Source: Octopus sinensis
Lineage: Eukaryota
DNA: 64,000 bases
Assembly (NCBI RefSeq): GCF_006345805.1
Contig: NC_043002.1
Location: forward strand, 17,484,001-17,548,000
Direction: 5' to 3'
In this document: piece by piece, positions 25,886 through 39,840 of the stretch
How the letters are laid out: every line of letters starts with the position of its first letter
Position numbering within the stretch: the first letter of the stretch is position 1
Program-made: the position numbers and the translations under genes
The notes under the pieces: generated by a model
What the model saw: the letters and a program-made list of their open reading frames with translations, nothing else
What the model was told of the DNA's origin: nothing
Database searches by the model: none

Positions 25886-26071
25886 TCAATTAGTTCTGCT
25901 TGATAAAGACTTGCGCTCATCAAGAAATTTACTGTTTGCTGGTGACAGTTCAACATGGGCACTGAAAGGCGGTTTCGATGTTTGAGATGAAGCACAACTG
26001 CACAAAACGACTAGTGACATGTTCAACAATCCGTTAAATTTCTCCATAATACAATAGTTTGTTTTCCACAC
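25886..26071 (-). pseudogene. Possible decayed hAT transposase C-terminal dimerisation-domain remnant
   Basis: WKTNYCIMEKFNGLLNMSLVVLCSCASSQTSKPPFS loosely resembles the hAT motif WK..N..KFP.L..MA..VL.IPASS..SER.FS; similarity judged by eye only. Confidence 0.35.
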
Positions 26072-27439
26072 ACATCTCTCAGTAAATAAATTCTTCTTTT
26101 TGTCATCCAGACCGGTACTCGAACGTCACTATTTTATTTTACCTAGCTGTCTCGGAATTCTCCAGTGCAGAACTGTGACGTTTCTAAGCCAAAAGTCCTG
26201 AAACCCATCTGGGCCAGACGTTTTCTAGTTAGGAATTTTCCTTCGGTGATCTCTAATAATCCCCTCCGCTATTCTCAAAACCTACTGATAATGCTCTCCA
26301 CTCTCCGCTTTGAGTGTCTTCACAAGGTGTTCCAGCCTCATTCACGCAGTTCTCATTTTTATTTTTATTTGACATTTCAGCACTCATGGTAAGGGGCAGT
26401 GAATTTTAGATTGCACAACAACTATTATTTTTAATTCTCATGACACCATCACAGACAGGATCTCAACCCTAGGATATATGATACCTGTAATATTAGTTTC
26501 ATTTTTTTTTTTTAGTTTCCGTCTCCTTTTCCCACTTTTCTCCTGTTGGTTTTGTGAAGGAGCCGGGCTAGATTGTCAGGGAACAGATTGTCACCATTGT
26601 GACTAAGGCGTCCTATATACCTCAGTTTTTAAATCAGAGACATTCTTCTAGACAGACTGCCAACCAAGACTCACCAGATCTGTCTGCCCGCTTTCGGAAT
26701 GGCCATTGACTCTTTTCTGTTTCTCTGCCCATTACGGTTTTTCAAGGTGTCGAAAATACACTTTGCTCACCAAGCAAGATCAGTGGAGTTGCCAGCGACT
26801 CGACGGTTTCACAACTATAACTTTTGAAATCATTTTGAGTTAAATCATTTGTGTTCATTATTATAATTTCTGTATTACTACTATAAGTCCTATCGTATTT
26901 ACTAGTGCACTACTACAGTTTCACAACTATTGCTACTATTATATTATTACTGTAAGACCTAGGAGTCTTAATATTTCTCCCCTGATTTCTTTAGACACCA
27001 AATGATGGCAGATTTACGACTGTCGGTTTAGTTGCTGCTGATGCTGCGGCGTGAAATGTATGTGTTGGTTGGTGACTACTAATACAGGCTGTTTGATTAA
27101 AATGCTAGTTGACATAGTGAAAGTCGATTAAGGGCTCGTGGGCGGGGATTTTAAGAGTATCTTAAACATTGGGATTATCATAATTAAGATATCGAAGTTT
27201 ATTAACAACATCACACAGTTTTAAGAAGCTGTCATATTATTTCTATAAGAAGCTATAGTATTCTATCTATAAACACTCCATCGTATTTAAGATATAAAAT
27301 TTTTTAAACGTAACCATCTCAAAGTGTTAGCAAACAGAAATTACAAGAAAAAACTTACACATTTTTGGTGGGAGCTGTTAAGTGACCATGTCAGCGTTTG
27401 AATGATTTCAGCAGCACCGAGAACCCATTGGAAGAATGG

Positions 27440-27450
27440 GGAGAGAGTGA

Positions 27451-27528
<78 letters not shown>
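27440..27528. repeat. (GA)n microsatellite
   Basis: Direct reading of the sequence. Confidence 0.95.
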
Positions 27529-27532
<4 letters not shown>

Positions 27533-27751
27533 GGAAAGACCAAGAGGGAAGCAGGTAATCCCAACAAATTCCAGCGTGTGGCCGAATTTATATATAAAAC
27601 TTAAAATGTTTAAATAATAGCGTAGCTATTATTATTATTATGATTATTATTATTCAGTAGTTTTATTTTTATAGCGTGCTTTCACTTCACTACCGAGCGC
27701 AGCTCTGTGTTCCTTGGATATGTGTTGTGATTTGTTGTGAAGCTCTGATGG

Positions 27752-28592
27752 TTATTGTATGGAAAGTGTTCTGCGTAGGATGTGTGCAGTGTCTAGTAGT
27801 GCAATTTTCTGTATGTTATATGTGTTTGTAAGTCCTCGTGTTTTTGTTATGTATTTGTCTGAATATTTTTTTATCATGCCTAATGCACCTACTATGATAG
27901 GAATTGTTTCTGTTTTCAGATTCCACATTCTGGTTACCTCTATTTCCAGGTCATTGTATTTTGAGTGTTTCTCCATTTCTTTTAGAGACACGTTGTCATC
28001 TGCCGGTATTGATACATCAATTAGAAAACATTTTTTTTCTTCATGATCCCTGACAACTATATCTGGCCTGTTGGCCTTAATTTCTCTATCTGTGTGTATC
28101 GGAATATCCCAGAGTATGGTTGCTTTCTCGTTTTCTGTGACCTTTTCTGGTGTGTGCCTATACCATCTTTTTTCTGTTGTTATTCCATAATGTTGGCATA
28201 GCTTCCAATGTATGTAGGTTCCAACTCTGTCATGTCTGTGAATATATTCCTTCTTAGCCAGGACTGGGCAGCTAGAGATAATATGATTTATTGTTTCTTG
28301 TCCATCTCCACATATTCTGCAGTTACATGTAATATTTCTTTTCATTACATGTTTTTTGGTAATTTCTGGTGGGAGGCTTTGGTCTTGTGCTGCAATTAAA
28401 AATCCATCTGTTTCTGCTTTGAGTCCTGAGCTTCTCAACCATTGCTGGGATTTTTCTTTGTCTATTTCTTTTGCGTTTAGTTTAGTCCAGTATTTACCAT
28501 GAAGGGGCTTTTCTTGCCATCGTTTTATTATGGTTAGTTGCTGTTCTATTTTTAGTTTGGATTTCATTTGTTTTATAGATTTTGTTGTTTCT

Positions 28593-28639
<47 letters not shown>

Positions 28640-28966
28640 TTCTTCTTCTTCTTCTTCTTCTTCTTCTTCTTCTTCTTCTTCTTCTTCTTCTTCTTCTTCT
28701 TCTTCTTCTTCATATTTATTAGGTGGTATGATTTCTTGTTTGTATTTGTCAGCTTCCTTAAATACTGAGAACAGTTTTTTGTTTTGCTCGTGTTTTGCCG
28801 CTATTTGTATCAGTTTTCCTTCCTTCTGAAGTAGATATTTTTGCAGTCCTATGGTGGTTATTTTATAGTAGTTTTCCAGTTGTATAAGGCCTCTACCACC
28901 TTCTATACGTTGTATATATAGTCTTTCTATGTCAGATTTTGGGTGATGCATCCTAGATCCTGTCAT
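27752..28966 (-). pseudogene. R4/Dong C-terminal region with CCHC zinc knuckle and restriction-like endonuclease, containing a poly-Glu insert
   Basis: 404-aa ORF; C-x2-C-x8-H-x4-C, RHD, PDIVV and K..K..KY motifs. Confidence 0.9.
28589..28711. repeat. (TTC)n / (GAA)n trinucleotide tract inside the LINE ORF
   Basis: 123 bp = 41 Glu codons on the minus strand (one GAG). Confidence 0.95.
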
Positions 28967-28975
28967 TATTTTTGG

Positions 28976-30055
28976 TCAGTTCATTTCGTGTCCAGTTAAG
29001 GATATTGTAGCTGTAATTATAACTGGGACAGCTAAAGTGTTAATACCTATTATCTTGTTTTTAGCATTGAGCTCTGTTTTTAGTATTGATCTAACTCGTC
29101 TATAATATTCTTTTTTTATTTTCTCTTTCATTTGTGTGTGTTGTGTCTTATCTAGTTCATGGATTCCTAAGTATTTGTAAGTTTGGCTTTGGTCTAATTC
29201 TTTTATTTCATTGGTTTTATCTAGTGTGATGTTGCTACTCTTAACTAGTTTTCCTCTTTTCATGGTTACTTTGGCACATTTTTTAAATCCAAATTTCATA
29301 TCTATTTCTTTGGTAAATCCATGAACTGTCTTTAATAGTGTTTCCAGCAGTTTGTCATTTGCAGCGTATAGTTTTAGGTCATCCATATATAAAAGGTGGC
29401 TGATCGTTTTGCCGTAACATTTATATCCGCATCCAGTTCTATTTAACATATCAGATAGAGGTGACAGTGCCAAACAGAAAAGGAGTGGAGAGAGCGTGTC
29501 TCCCTGAAATATTCCTCTTCTAATGGGGATGTCTTTGGTTTTCATGAGTCCCTCTTTTGTTTGGAGGTCTAGGACTGTTTGCCATTTATTCATAGAGTCC
29601 TCTATGAATTTTATGATTGTTGGTGCTACTTTGTTAATGGCTAGTGTTTCGAGGATCCATGTGTGGGGAATGCTATCAAGCGCCTTTTTGTAGTCAATCC
29701 AGGCCATACTGAGGCCTTTCTTCTTTCTGTGGCTGTCTTCAGTTATGGCTTTATTAATCATTAGTTGATCTTTACAGCCATATGAGCCTTTGCGGCATCC
29801 TTTCTGCTCTTCTGGGAACAGTTTGTTTTCGTCCAGGTGCTTGTTCAACCTTTGCGATATCACTGCAGTAAATGTCTTGAACATTGTAGGGAGGTAGGTT
29901 ATTGGTCTGTAGTGTTCTGGTTTTGCTGTCTCATTTGATTTGGGAATTAAGATGGTTTTCCCCTTCGTGAGCCATTCAGGCATTGTCTCTGGCTCTGCTA
30001 GTATGTTGTTAAAGTTTTCAGCCAGCTTTTTGTGTATTCCTGTTAGATATTTCAA
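28976..30055 (-). pseudogene. R4/Dong reverse transcriptase domain
   Basis: 359-aa ORF with QGDTLSPLLF and YMDD motifs; frameshifted from its neighbours. Confidence 0.9.
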
Positions 30056-30753
30056 CCAGAAGTTGGGGATCTTGTCATGCCCAGGTGCCTTCCAGTTGCT
30101 TAGTCTTTGCAGTGCCTGGGTGACCTCTTCAGTTGTTATGGGGGTCCAAAGTTGTTCAGGTGCCGAGTTTGTTATTTTGATACTCCTTTGTTTTTGGTTG
30201 TTCGTTCGCCGATCATATTTCTCTCTAGAGTTCTTCCAATTCTTCTGCCGTTGGTGCTGCAGAGACTTCTATTTTATTTTTGCCAAGTTCTTGGTAGAAC
30301 TTTTTGGGGTTGGAGTTGAACTTTTTGTTTTGTTCAAAGAAGCGCTGGCGTTTCTCGTACCGGCGGATCCTTTGTGCTTTGGCAAGGGTATCTTGCTTCA
30401 GCTTTTCTTTTATCTCAGGTAAATCTTTTTCTGTCATGTTATATTTGCGGAGTATTTTTGTTTTCTTTTTGTTGTTCAGTAGCGTTGATTGTTTGCTGAT
30501 TTTATTAAGAATCGACAGATCTTTTCTCACTTTTGTATTTTGATTTGGATGTTATTTATCCACAGGGTTTGTTTGGGTGGTGGTACTCCTGTTTGGATGG
30601 GTTTGAGTGAATATCCAGCTTCTTCTGTGGCTGCAGTGGCTGCTGCGTATATTAAGTCATTTATCTCAGTGATATCGCTTTTTGTTTCAATGGCTATTAG
30701 TTCCGTGACGGCTAGGTTTATGTTGTTTATAATTGGTGTTATTGTTTCGTCTA

Positions 30754-31045
<292 letters not shown>

Positions 31046-31549
31046 CTGTTACAATTACGATTATCTATAAAACAAATATGTGTGTGTGTGAGTTTATTTT
31101 TTATTGGGTAACAAAGTGTATATATTTTTAATATTTTGTATGTAAATATATTCCTTTACCCAGGCATGAATTGTGCTTTCGTTTTAAAAGTTGGCTCTGC
31201 CAAAAGAAATAAATAAATGAGTTGGAAACTTTAAAAGCTAATGTAAACATCAACTCCAAAAATTTCATTACAAAGTTTTCGTACATTTGTGCTTTTTACA
31301 TTTAGGGAATTATCTAGTAGGAAAAGATGTATTAAATATACGTATATGTACGTGCATATAATTACATACACAAGCATCTATCCAGTTCTGCACACAAACA
31401 TATTATTCCTTCCGTCATATATATTGACATATATAACACATAGACAAAAGACATATACAATCACATAAATATGAATATATAGATAAGCATTGACATACAG
31501 ATATATAAATACGTGTTAATATATTCATATGCACACGCATCAGCACACG

Positions 31550-31550
31550 C

Positions 31551-31595
<45 letters not shown>

Positions 31596-31827
31596 ATATA
31601 TATATACATATATACATATATATATATATAACAACAATTGAGGAATGGTTTCTATTGAATTTTTTGCTACCCTATATTGATTAATATATATATATATATA
31701 TGTAAATATATTGATACACACACACATATTTATATATATATATATATATATATAACATATATATACATATAAATAAATATATATATATATATATAAAATA
31801 TATATATATATATAAAACATATATATA

Positions 31828-31875
<48 letters not shown>

Positions 31876-31905
31876 TATATATATAAAACATATATATATA
31901 TATAA
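31550..31905. repeat. Long interrupted (TA)n microsatellite
   Basis: Direct reading of the sequence. Confidence 0.95.
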
Positions 31906-32707
31906 TTAGAACCTAAGATGAAATATGACAAGAGAACAAGACATACAAGTAATATCCCCGAGGTCTGAAGAATTATTGTCAATTCTGCACCGAGTAAACT
32001 TCGTGCTTAAATTTTAGCCTGGAGTTATACCAACAGACAATCACTTTACATTTGTATTTTAGTGATGGTGAGACATTTTGGTTTTTATATATCTTTTGGC
32101 AGATTGCCGTACCATATATTGGATGTAAATGTGGTTCTGAAGTTTTAAGTAATTCTAAGATTTTTTAGTTGTTTTCCCCTTTTTATCATATTTTTTTCTG
32201 TTTTCTTATTTCTACAAGTTGTTTCATAGCTGTGTTGTTTTAACATCCTTTTCACTTCCTTTTTACTTTACTTCACTTCTAAATCTTATATTGATTTAAT
32301 TCAGAAACTATGTTAGAAGGTATATATTTTCTATATGTTATATTAGAGTCAAAATTTTGTGGTCGTTCAATTCAGGTGCGAAAATAGCATTACTTCAGGT
32401 CTGAAGTTTGTATTTATTGACCGGGGCTACTGTTTGGTCCTCTTGATTTTTAGTTACACTGACAATAAAAAGTCGATTGAAATAAACGATACAGTTTGTA
32501 AATATTAAATATTTGTAATGAATCAACGAAGATCTGCCTATATATTTAATCCCCCTGTTATAGATATTGCAAAATACTTCTAAAACATACACTGCAGTGT
32601 TTATGAAAATTTCAGCATTTGATAATAACAGTAAATTATTCAGGGTCCTACAATAATGTATAGCAGTCATAATAGAAGTTATATGAATAGTATAGTGTCA
32701 CAAAGCT

Positions 32708-32900
32708 AAAGACGGCGAGTTCGTAGAATTGTTAGCGCATCAGAGAAACTGATAAGCGTCGCTTTTTCCATCCTTTTACTATCTGGGTTCAAATCCCACC
32801 CAGGACCACTTTGCTTTTCATCTCTTCGAATACAATAAAGTACCACTCAAGTACTAGTAATAGACTCTAGTCTTCTTCACAAAACGTCTGACCTTGAATA
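32708..32900 (+). mobile_element. SINE family D, old diverged copy
   Basis: AAAGACGGCGAGTTCGTAGAATTGTTAGCGCA...TGGGTTCAAATCCCACC...ACTTTGCTTTTCATC...AAGTACCACTCAAGTACT. Confidence 0.65.
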
Positions 32901-35892
32901 CTGTAACTGACCGCTATCCTGACCAGTTAAATAATTGTGATGGCGGTCGTTTATATGTCTTCAAAATCGGATAAACGACATTAGTAGTACTAGGGCTCAG
33001 AAAATAAAATGACCAAATTAAGAAATGTAGCTCTTTTGCAACGAAACCCAGATAATCTCCTGGATTATTTCCTCTTATTTGCTGAAATGCTTCAAATATA
33101 TTTAGGTGTTGTGCTAACATTCTTCTAATCTCAACTCACTGGAGACTTTTTGACACTCTGCAATAAATATATTTATTGCTAATTAACTCTCGATCTTTAT
33201 GCGATGGGTGTCTCTCTGTAATTATTCTTTTTGTTTTACTGTTAAATTATGCTAAATAACTTTTACTGGGATGACAGTAATATAACAGTTTTAGTACACA
33301 CGGTGAGATCTAGGACGAAATACATCCGGAGTAGCCTCCATTGCTTTCTGAAAAAGCATGCACTAATATAAATAATTGAGCTAATATTCTGTTCATTCCG
33401 GATTTCTAATGTTAAATATGACGCACAGCAGTATTTAAATTCACTAAAACTTGCCATAATTGAAATTATCTGTTATGTCGACCTGAAAGAAATTACACGC
33501 ACATCCTTACGAAATTATATCCTGAAGATTTAAAATTGAATGACACAACATTTTATCTAGTTTCTGCGTTCAGTGTAGCTAGGAAATGAAATGAGTGAGT
33601 GTTTTATCGCCTGAATTCAATATATAGTACATTAGATTACAGTGTGTTGCCGTATAAGTCAGACAATAAGAATAACAACAAAAAACATTACCGAAACATA
33701 TTTGACGATAACGGTTATTTGCCAGACTTCAGTCAAGGGATTTTTAATAGTATTATTTTATAACTCATGTTATAAGGGAAGACCACACAAAAAAATATCC
33801 ATTATTTTTCCCATGATAATGTTGGATAAAGATAAAGCTCTAAATATGAATATGATTTTTATTTACAATGCAATTATTTTATATGGCGTGTGATAATCTC
33901 ACCTTAAGAGATTTAAGCTGAAGAAAGATATTTTGTACGAATAGTCAGGGCGCTGTAGTTAGCATTTTTAGGTGGCGTTGCTACAGTTTGATTTTTACGA
34001 GTAATTTGAGAAAATGTAGAATAATGCCTGCTCTTAAATACACTTTTCATGAAAAGTATGGAGGACATTTCATCTCACTGCGACTGAAGATAATGTAGTC
34101 GATTAATTTTGGAATCAGTCGACAGCATATATTTAATTACGTTGACCCATGTTATATTACTTATCCTTTCTGCAATAATCAATAAATATTAAAAAATATA
34201 TTGTTTAACGCTATGTTATTTCAGCCAAGACGCCAGCAAATTCATCATTAAAAATTGAACGTCTTTAACGCTATCTGTAATATGATGCCAGGTGCTACAG
34301 TATACATGCAATCTTTGTGTACACTTTCCTACAAATAGTTCAATCAGTTATTCATCTCTGATATATGGTGATATAGCAACTGTCGGACGCAAATGGACAG
34401 TGTGAGGAAGAGGCATGTTTTGAGTCAGTATGAGATACAGTAATATATAAACTTTAATACAATATAATGGTGGAGTAAAATCTTTGGACTAGTTGAAACT
34501 TTTATAAATCTGACTTGGTTTCAGAGGAGCAGAACTAAGCTTCCTTATATAAAATGGTAATAAATATGTGTTGCATCTAGTTCACTGCTGATTCTGAAAA
34601 GCAGTGAATTACATAAATGATTTATACTCACGTTGAAGAGTGGTTCACCTTTTTATTTGTAAGATGGTTGATTATATGAAAGATATCGATATATAGAATT
34701 TTCAGCATGGTGTATATATATATGTATATATGTGTATATATATGAGGTGGGCAGAGAGTCAGGCAGAGCGTTAGATGGATCGATATACGTACAGATATAT
34801 ATATATATGTGCATGCATACATATAACTACATGTATATATGCTTGTTTGTGTGTGTATGTATGCGTGTATGAGTGTGTGTGCCTGTGTGCGTGCGTATTT
34901 GTGTCGTGTATGACTAATGTCTCCTATATCTAACAAACGAGATCAAATACTATTTTCGATTTGCAGCTGGTCATTTTCATGACATTGTCGCAAAATGTCC
35001 ACCACGCATCTCTGCATGGAACCGATAAATGCTGAAACACACAGCCGTATATTCTTTAAATAGATTAGTATTACTAATATGCGCAACGCATGCAGGCATT
35101 ATATAGTTGGTTCTGCTCTAAGCTAATGGATTTATGGAGAAATACATGACTGTGCAATAATATAACCTGCTGTGAATGTTGCTGCATAAGTTTGATATAC
35201 GCTGTTCGTGGAAGCTGCTAATGATGTTGATATGATTTATGAAAGATGAAGATAAATTGATGTTCATCTAGAGTTAATATATCGCAGTTTAAATTAATAT
35301 TTATGCATATGGAAGGACAGCATTATGTTTTTATGAAGTACTATTCGTAAGTTCCTCTACACAATCTCTGTCTTAATGCATTTGGATTTTCGATTTAAAT
35401 GTTGTTCTTAAAGAACAACATTTATGCTCCAGTGTTTCAAATATAGGACGAATGAGTACTTACTTATTCGCCCGCCCTAGTAGAACATGGAGGCCAATAC
35501 AACTTTAATCAAAGACTTATGGCTTGAAAATGACGTAGTAGTGTATATTTCGAATGATCGAACTCTTGCGATATGTTTTGTATTGGACATTTAAAGCGTT
35601 TTCTATTTTTGAACATTTTTCCTTATATCACCTTCGGCTTCGCTTCGGGTTACACGTGAAACACAATTTTGTACTACTGTTTACTCTTGTCTATACGAAA
35701 TACTTCTCTGGATAATGTGCGCATATATATATATAAAAGAACATTTTAACCTTTATATATATATAAAAGAACCTCTCTTTTAACATACCGAACTACTTGG
35801 TAAGATTATTAATTATTAATTAATTAATTTTATCCTTTATTATTAATGATATATATATACAAACATACAAAAACGATATATTTATATATATA

Positions 35893-35935
<43 letters not shown>

Positions 35936-37907
35936 GTGTGTGTCTGTGTCTGTGTGTGTGTGTATCTGTGCGTGTGTGAATGCAAGCATTATGTATTTAG
36001 ATGTATGTGTGTGTATGTTTGTGTGATTTGATTATATTTTGAAGTGGTTTCCGTATTGAACGTACATAAATATATTTATGTATCATTTGTGTCATCGCAC
36101 TCTGCCTGTTAATTTTCAATTTCACTGAAGCATCTTACTAAGTGTCGGACACAAAATTATCTTCGATATAATTGCAAAAAATGTATTCATATAATTAAAA
36201 GAAGAGCTAAATTGTATAAGTTAATTTTATAATTGTACACTTAATATTGTTTTCATTATTTCAAGCACTCTTGTGAAGTAATGTTCCAACCAAAAATAAA
36301 AGTATTTGTGTTCATAAATGAACACAAATTTAAATGAAATAACGCTAATATAAATAAACAGCTCAGATTATTTTCACTTGTAATATTTAAATGTTTGTTG
36401 TTGAAAAGCACCCGTAGACGGCCGTTGGATAACAACCTGTTTATTAAAAGAAGCCCAAATATAACAGTAAAATATCCTGTTTTCCAAGTTGTTCTTAACA
36501 GATTGAAGTTGTTCATAAAAGATATTGAAGTTTAAATTTCCAGAGAGAAAATGAAAATAAGTGTGCATAAAGAGAAGACTGTATGGTAACTCCAAATGGA
36601 ATGAATTCGGCAAAAATTATGTTAATGTATATCAAACGTGAATAATAATAAACATTAAAAAGTTATATAGATAATGTTTTGTTACATACAAAATGTCTGA
36701 ACTGTTCGAGACGAAGGATTCTTAAGACTCTGATGTAGTGAAAAGAGGAATACTAGCATTATAAACAAGATGAGCTTGCTATCTCTAAGATTTTCAGGTA
36801 AAAATATTGTGATTAAATTTTTGTAATAAGCGATATACAAAAAGTATGAGACAAGTGCATGGGTCAACGTATATTTTATTGATTGTAGTACTGTTATAGA
36901 TTTTTGGAAGCAACACTGCGCAATATTATGAGATAGGCTTCCGAAATCTTCTACGCTTCTGCTCGAACAGCAATTTATGCGAAAGCTGGCGTCGCATTTA
37001 GTGAAATATTGTCCGGAATATAGTAGTTTATCCAAGTGCTTTTCACCCCAGGAAAATCCTGCATTTTGGGGAGAAAGATGTGCTTAAATGGACACACTGT
37101 TCTTCCCCCAGAAGCATCTATCTTTATCAGAGATCAAGGAGTAATTGTTGATGACACACGATCAGTTTGGGTACTCAATATGTTACGGTGGTGCGCTGAA
37201 TGAATACGTGGATACTCAGAAATTTAATTTCAAGGAGTCAAATTGCATTATCATTTTCTTGTCGTCCTTTGTATAGTTACACCTAGAGTATGGTGCCCTG
37301 ATTACTTACCAAACTAGACGAAAAATCATTATTATTTAGGCATCTCGTCTATCATAATGTTATAACTATAGCATACCATTCTTTGATAATTGAGAACACA
37401 TCAAAGCCAGACACACGATTCCCTCAAGCGATTCCGTAAGCGCTGCATCATCTGCACAATGTGGAAAATATAAACAGCGTAGCCCAAATGATATGATCAT
37501 CATGACTCACAATCATCCAAGATTGGAATACGTACCGCAATCCCTTAAACAAATCAGCCATACAGTGCAAAAAATGTTACAACACATTTATTTTTCGCCT
37601 AGCTTGACCAGCTACATTTAACATTTATTCCGAAACACATGAACGAAGTAAAAATATCTTAAAATATCTCAAAGCCTTCAAACTGTTCCTGTATAAATAT
37701 CTCTAATGTATACCAAACAAACACCTATACTTGGATAGTTTAGACTAACAGTAAATCCTCATTTGAAGAAGGTGTAGTAACACAAAATATAACCTAATCA
37801 AGACGTAAAAAACTCCCTGTTGGTCTCATTAATTTAGGCTCGACCTTGGACTAAAACTGGTTGAAAAATGTATAAGGTTAATTAGTGTTATAAGTATAGA
37901 CAATATA

Positions 37908-38170
37908 AATAATCCTTCGAACAGTCGGTCAACAGCGACGCCTGCTGGTTCTGGGTACTCCACATTGATAAGAGGCAAACACCTCGAAACTAGTCTGTGG
38001 ATGCCAGAACAGCAAGGGGAAGCTGCTGACCTCACCTGTTCGAAGGCTATAATGGACACAGGTTTGTGTGTCACATAGCTACCTAGAGGCGATGGCCTCT
38101 TGGAGCTAATCAACGGCAGCATTCGTCCTATTTTTCCGGACTGCCATGTTAGCTTGGCGATAATTATTAA
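37908..38170 (+). mobile_element. ~260-bp GC-enriched, highly base-paired element containing a hammerhead motif (retrozyme / solo pLTR-like)
   Basis: Flanked by TATAGACAATATA at 37895-37907 and 38171-38183; internal inverted repeat CCTTCGAACAG / CTGTTCGAAGG. Confidence 0.6.
37959..38001 (+). ncRNA. Type I hammerhead ribozyme-like motif with two core substitutions
   Basis: TCCACA-TTGATAA-GAGG(CAAACA)CCTC-GAAA-CTAG-TC-TGTGGA: 6-bp stem I, 4-bp stem II, palindromic ACTAGT stem III and a GUC cleavage triplet. TTGATAA replaces CTGATGA. Stem I extends via GTTCTGG/CCAGAAC. Confidence 0.7.
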
Positions 38171-39420
38171 TATAGACAATATACATGACCACATATACAT
38201 AAGTACATATTCACAAATATATACAGAGCACACTTAATTATGTATAAATGAGACATGTGTCACCGAGATGATAAGATATTGAATGTTGGCACTTCTTTTA
38301 ATTAAACAAATATATATTTTTTGTAATTATATCGAAACTAATTTTGTGTCCAACTCTTAGCAAGATGCTTAAGTAAAATTGAAAATTATCAGACATAGTG
38401 TGAGGAAATATATGATACATAGATATAACCAAATACGTTTATTTCGGAAATATAATCAAATCACACAAATATACACATACGCACATACATATACATACAT
38501 AATGCATACATACACACACATATTTTCATATAATTACTGACTCGTTGTTTTATCGGGACTATTATGCTTATGCGCCGTATCGTATTCTATATCATATCAC
38601 ATATCATCAAGGAAACAAACGCGAACATTTTAGCAGATATTTCTGTCTGTATCTCTATATCCCATTAGATAGTAACATACGTAGATAATTGTTTTAAAAT
38701 TGTGAATAAGTAACTGTATTACATTGGACTAACATTAAACCCGTAACAGCAGATTTCTGATTACTCGCGTGACACGAGATATATTAGATTTTGATCAATA
38801 CCTATTGAGAGTGAAATGTTAATTAGGGAATATAATTATGTTGCATGGCAAAATAAAATATCAACAGTTAATGGGTTTATCTTTAAGTTTATGATGGGTT
38901 GGAAATTATTTATATGGCTTGTTATGGAATCTTCTGTTCCATATCATCTCTGTCAAACTTGAAAGAAAATAATTATGCTGATGTGAGATGGATAACATGA
39001 AGATAAATTGCAGTTCATTATTAGTAATTATATTATATAGCAATTCATCAAAAATAATTATATCTTAGTTTTAAATCTTTGCTTATGAATAAACAATAAT
39101 CTTATGTTTTGTAGAATATTATCTGAGATTTTCTCTAAATATTACGCTATTTTTTACTTTTTGTTTGTTAGATGATTGAAAAGCTACGTAGTTGTTGGGT
39201 CTAATTAAAATCGATCGTACCTCCCTCAACATTCAGAAAATTGGCTCGAGGGAGGTGAGAGACATTGGATGCTGTCACGAATCCCGGCATGGGTTCGGTA
39301 ATTTTCAAACCGATGTTCTAGCATGTCATCATGCCATAGGCAGGATTGTGTGTCGAGTTTTATGGAAGTATGGTCTTTAATTCGATTAACAAATCCAATA
39401 TCAACTAAATATTTCGATTT

Positions 39421-39457
<37 letters not shown>

Positions 39458-39486
39458 GCACACACACACGCACACACACACACACA

Positions 39487-39555
<69 letters not shown>

Positions 39556-39840
39556 CACACATGGTTTAAATTGCAGGTTCTGTTTTCGTAAAGCATATGG
39601 CTAGCAGAAATTGGGAAAGGCATCATATCAGGAGAAAGGCAGAAAATGCAACTCATAGAGAGAAATGTTCATATGATCCTATTAACAATTACTTGTAGTT
39701 TTGGTTTTCTCGACAGTAATGATGTCATCATAAATGCTACTGTTAAAAGGGCTGTTTCCTTTCTAGATAATGTAGCACTAAATATACTTATATGCTAAAT
39801 ATTCTTCAGTAAACTTATAGTTGATCATATACTTAATATA

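Noticed and set aside
36880-37020. Faint Charlie/hAT C-terminal similarity (DFWKQH...NLLRF...LCE)
   Set aside because: It requires frameshifts and is too weak to call by eye.
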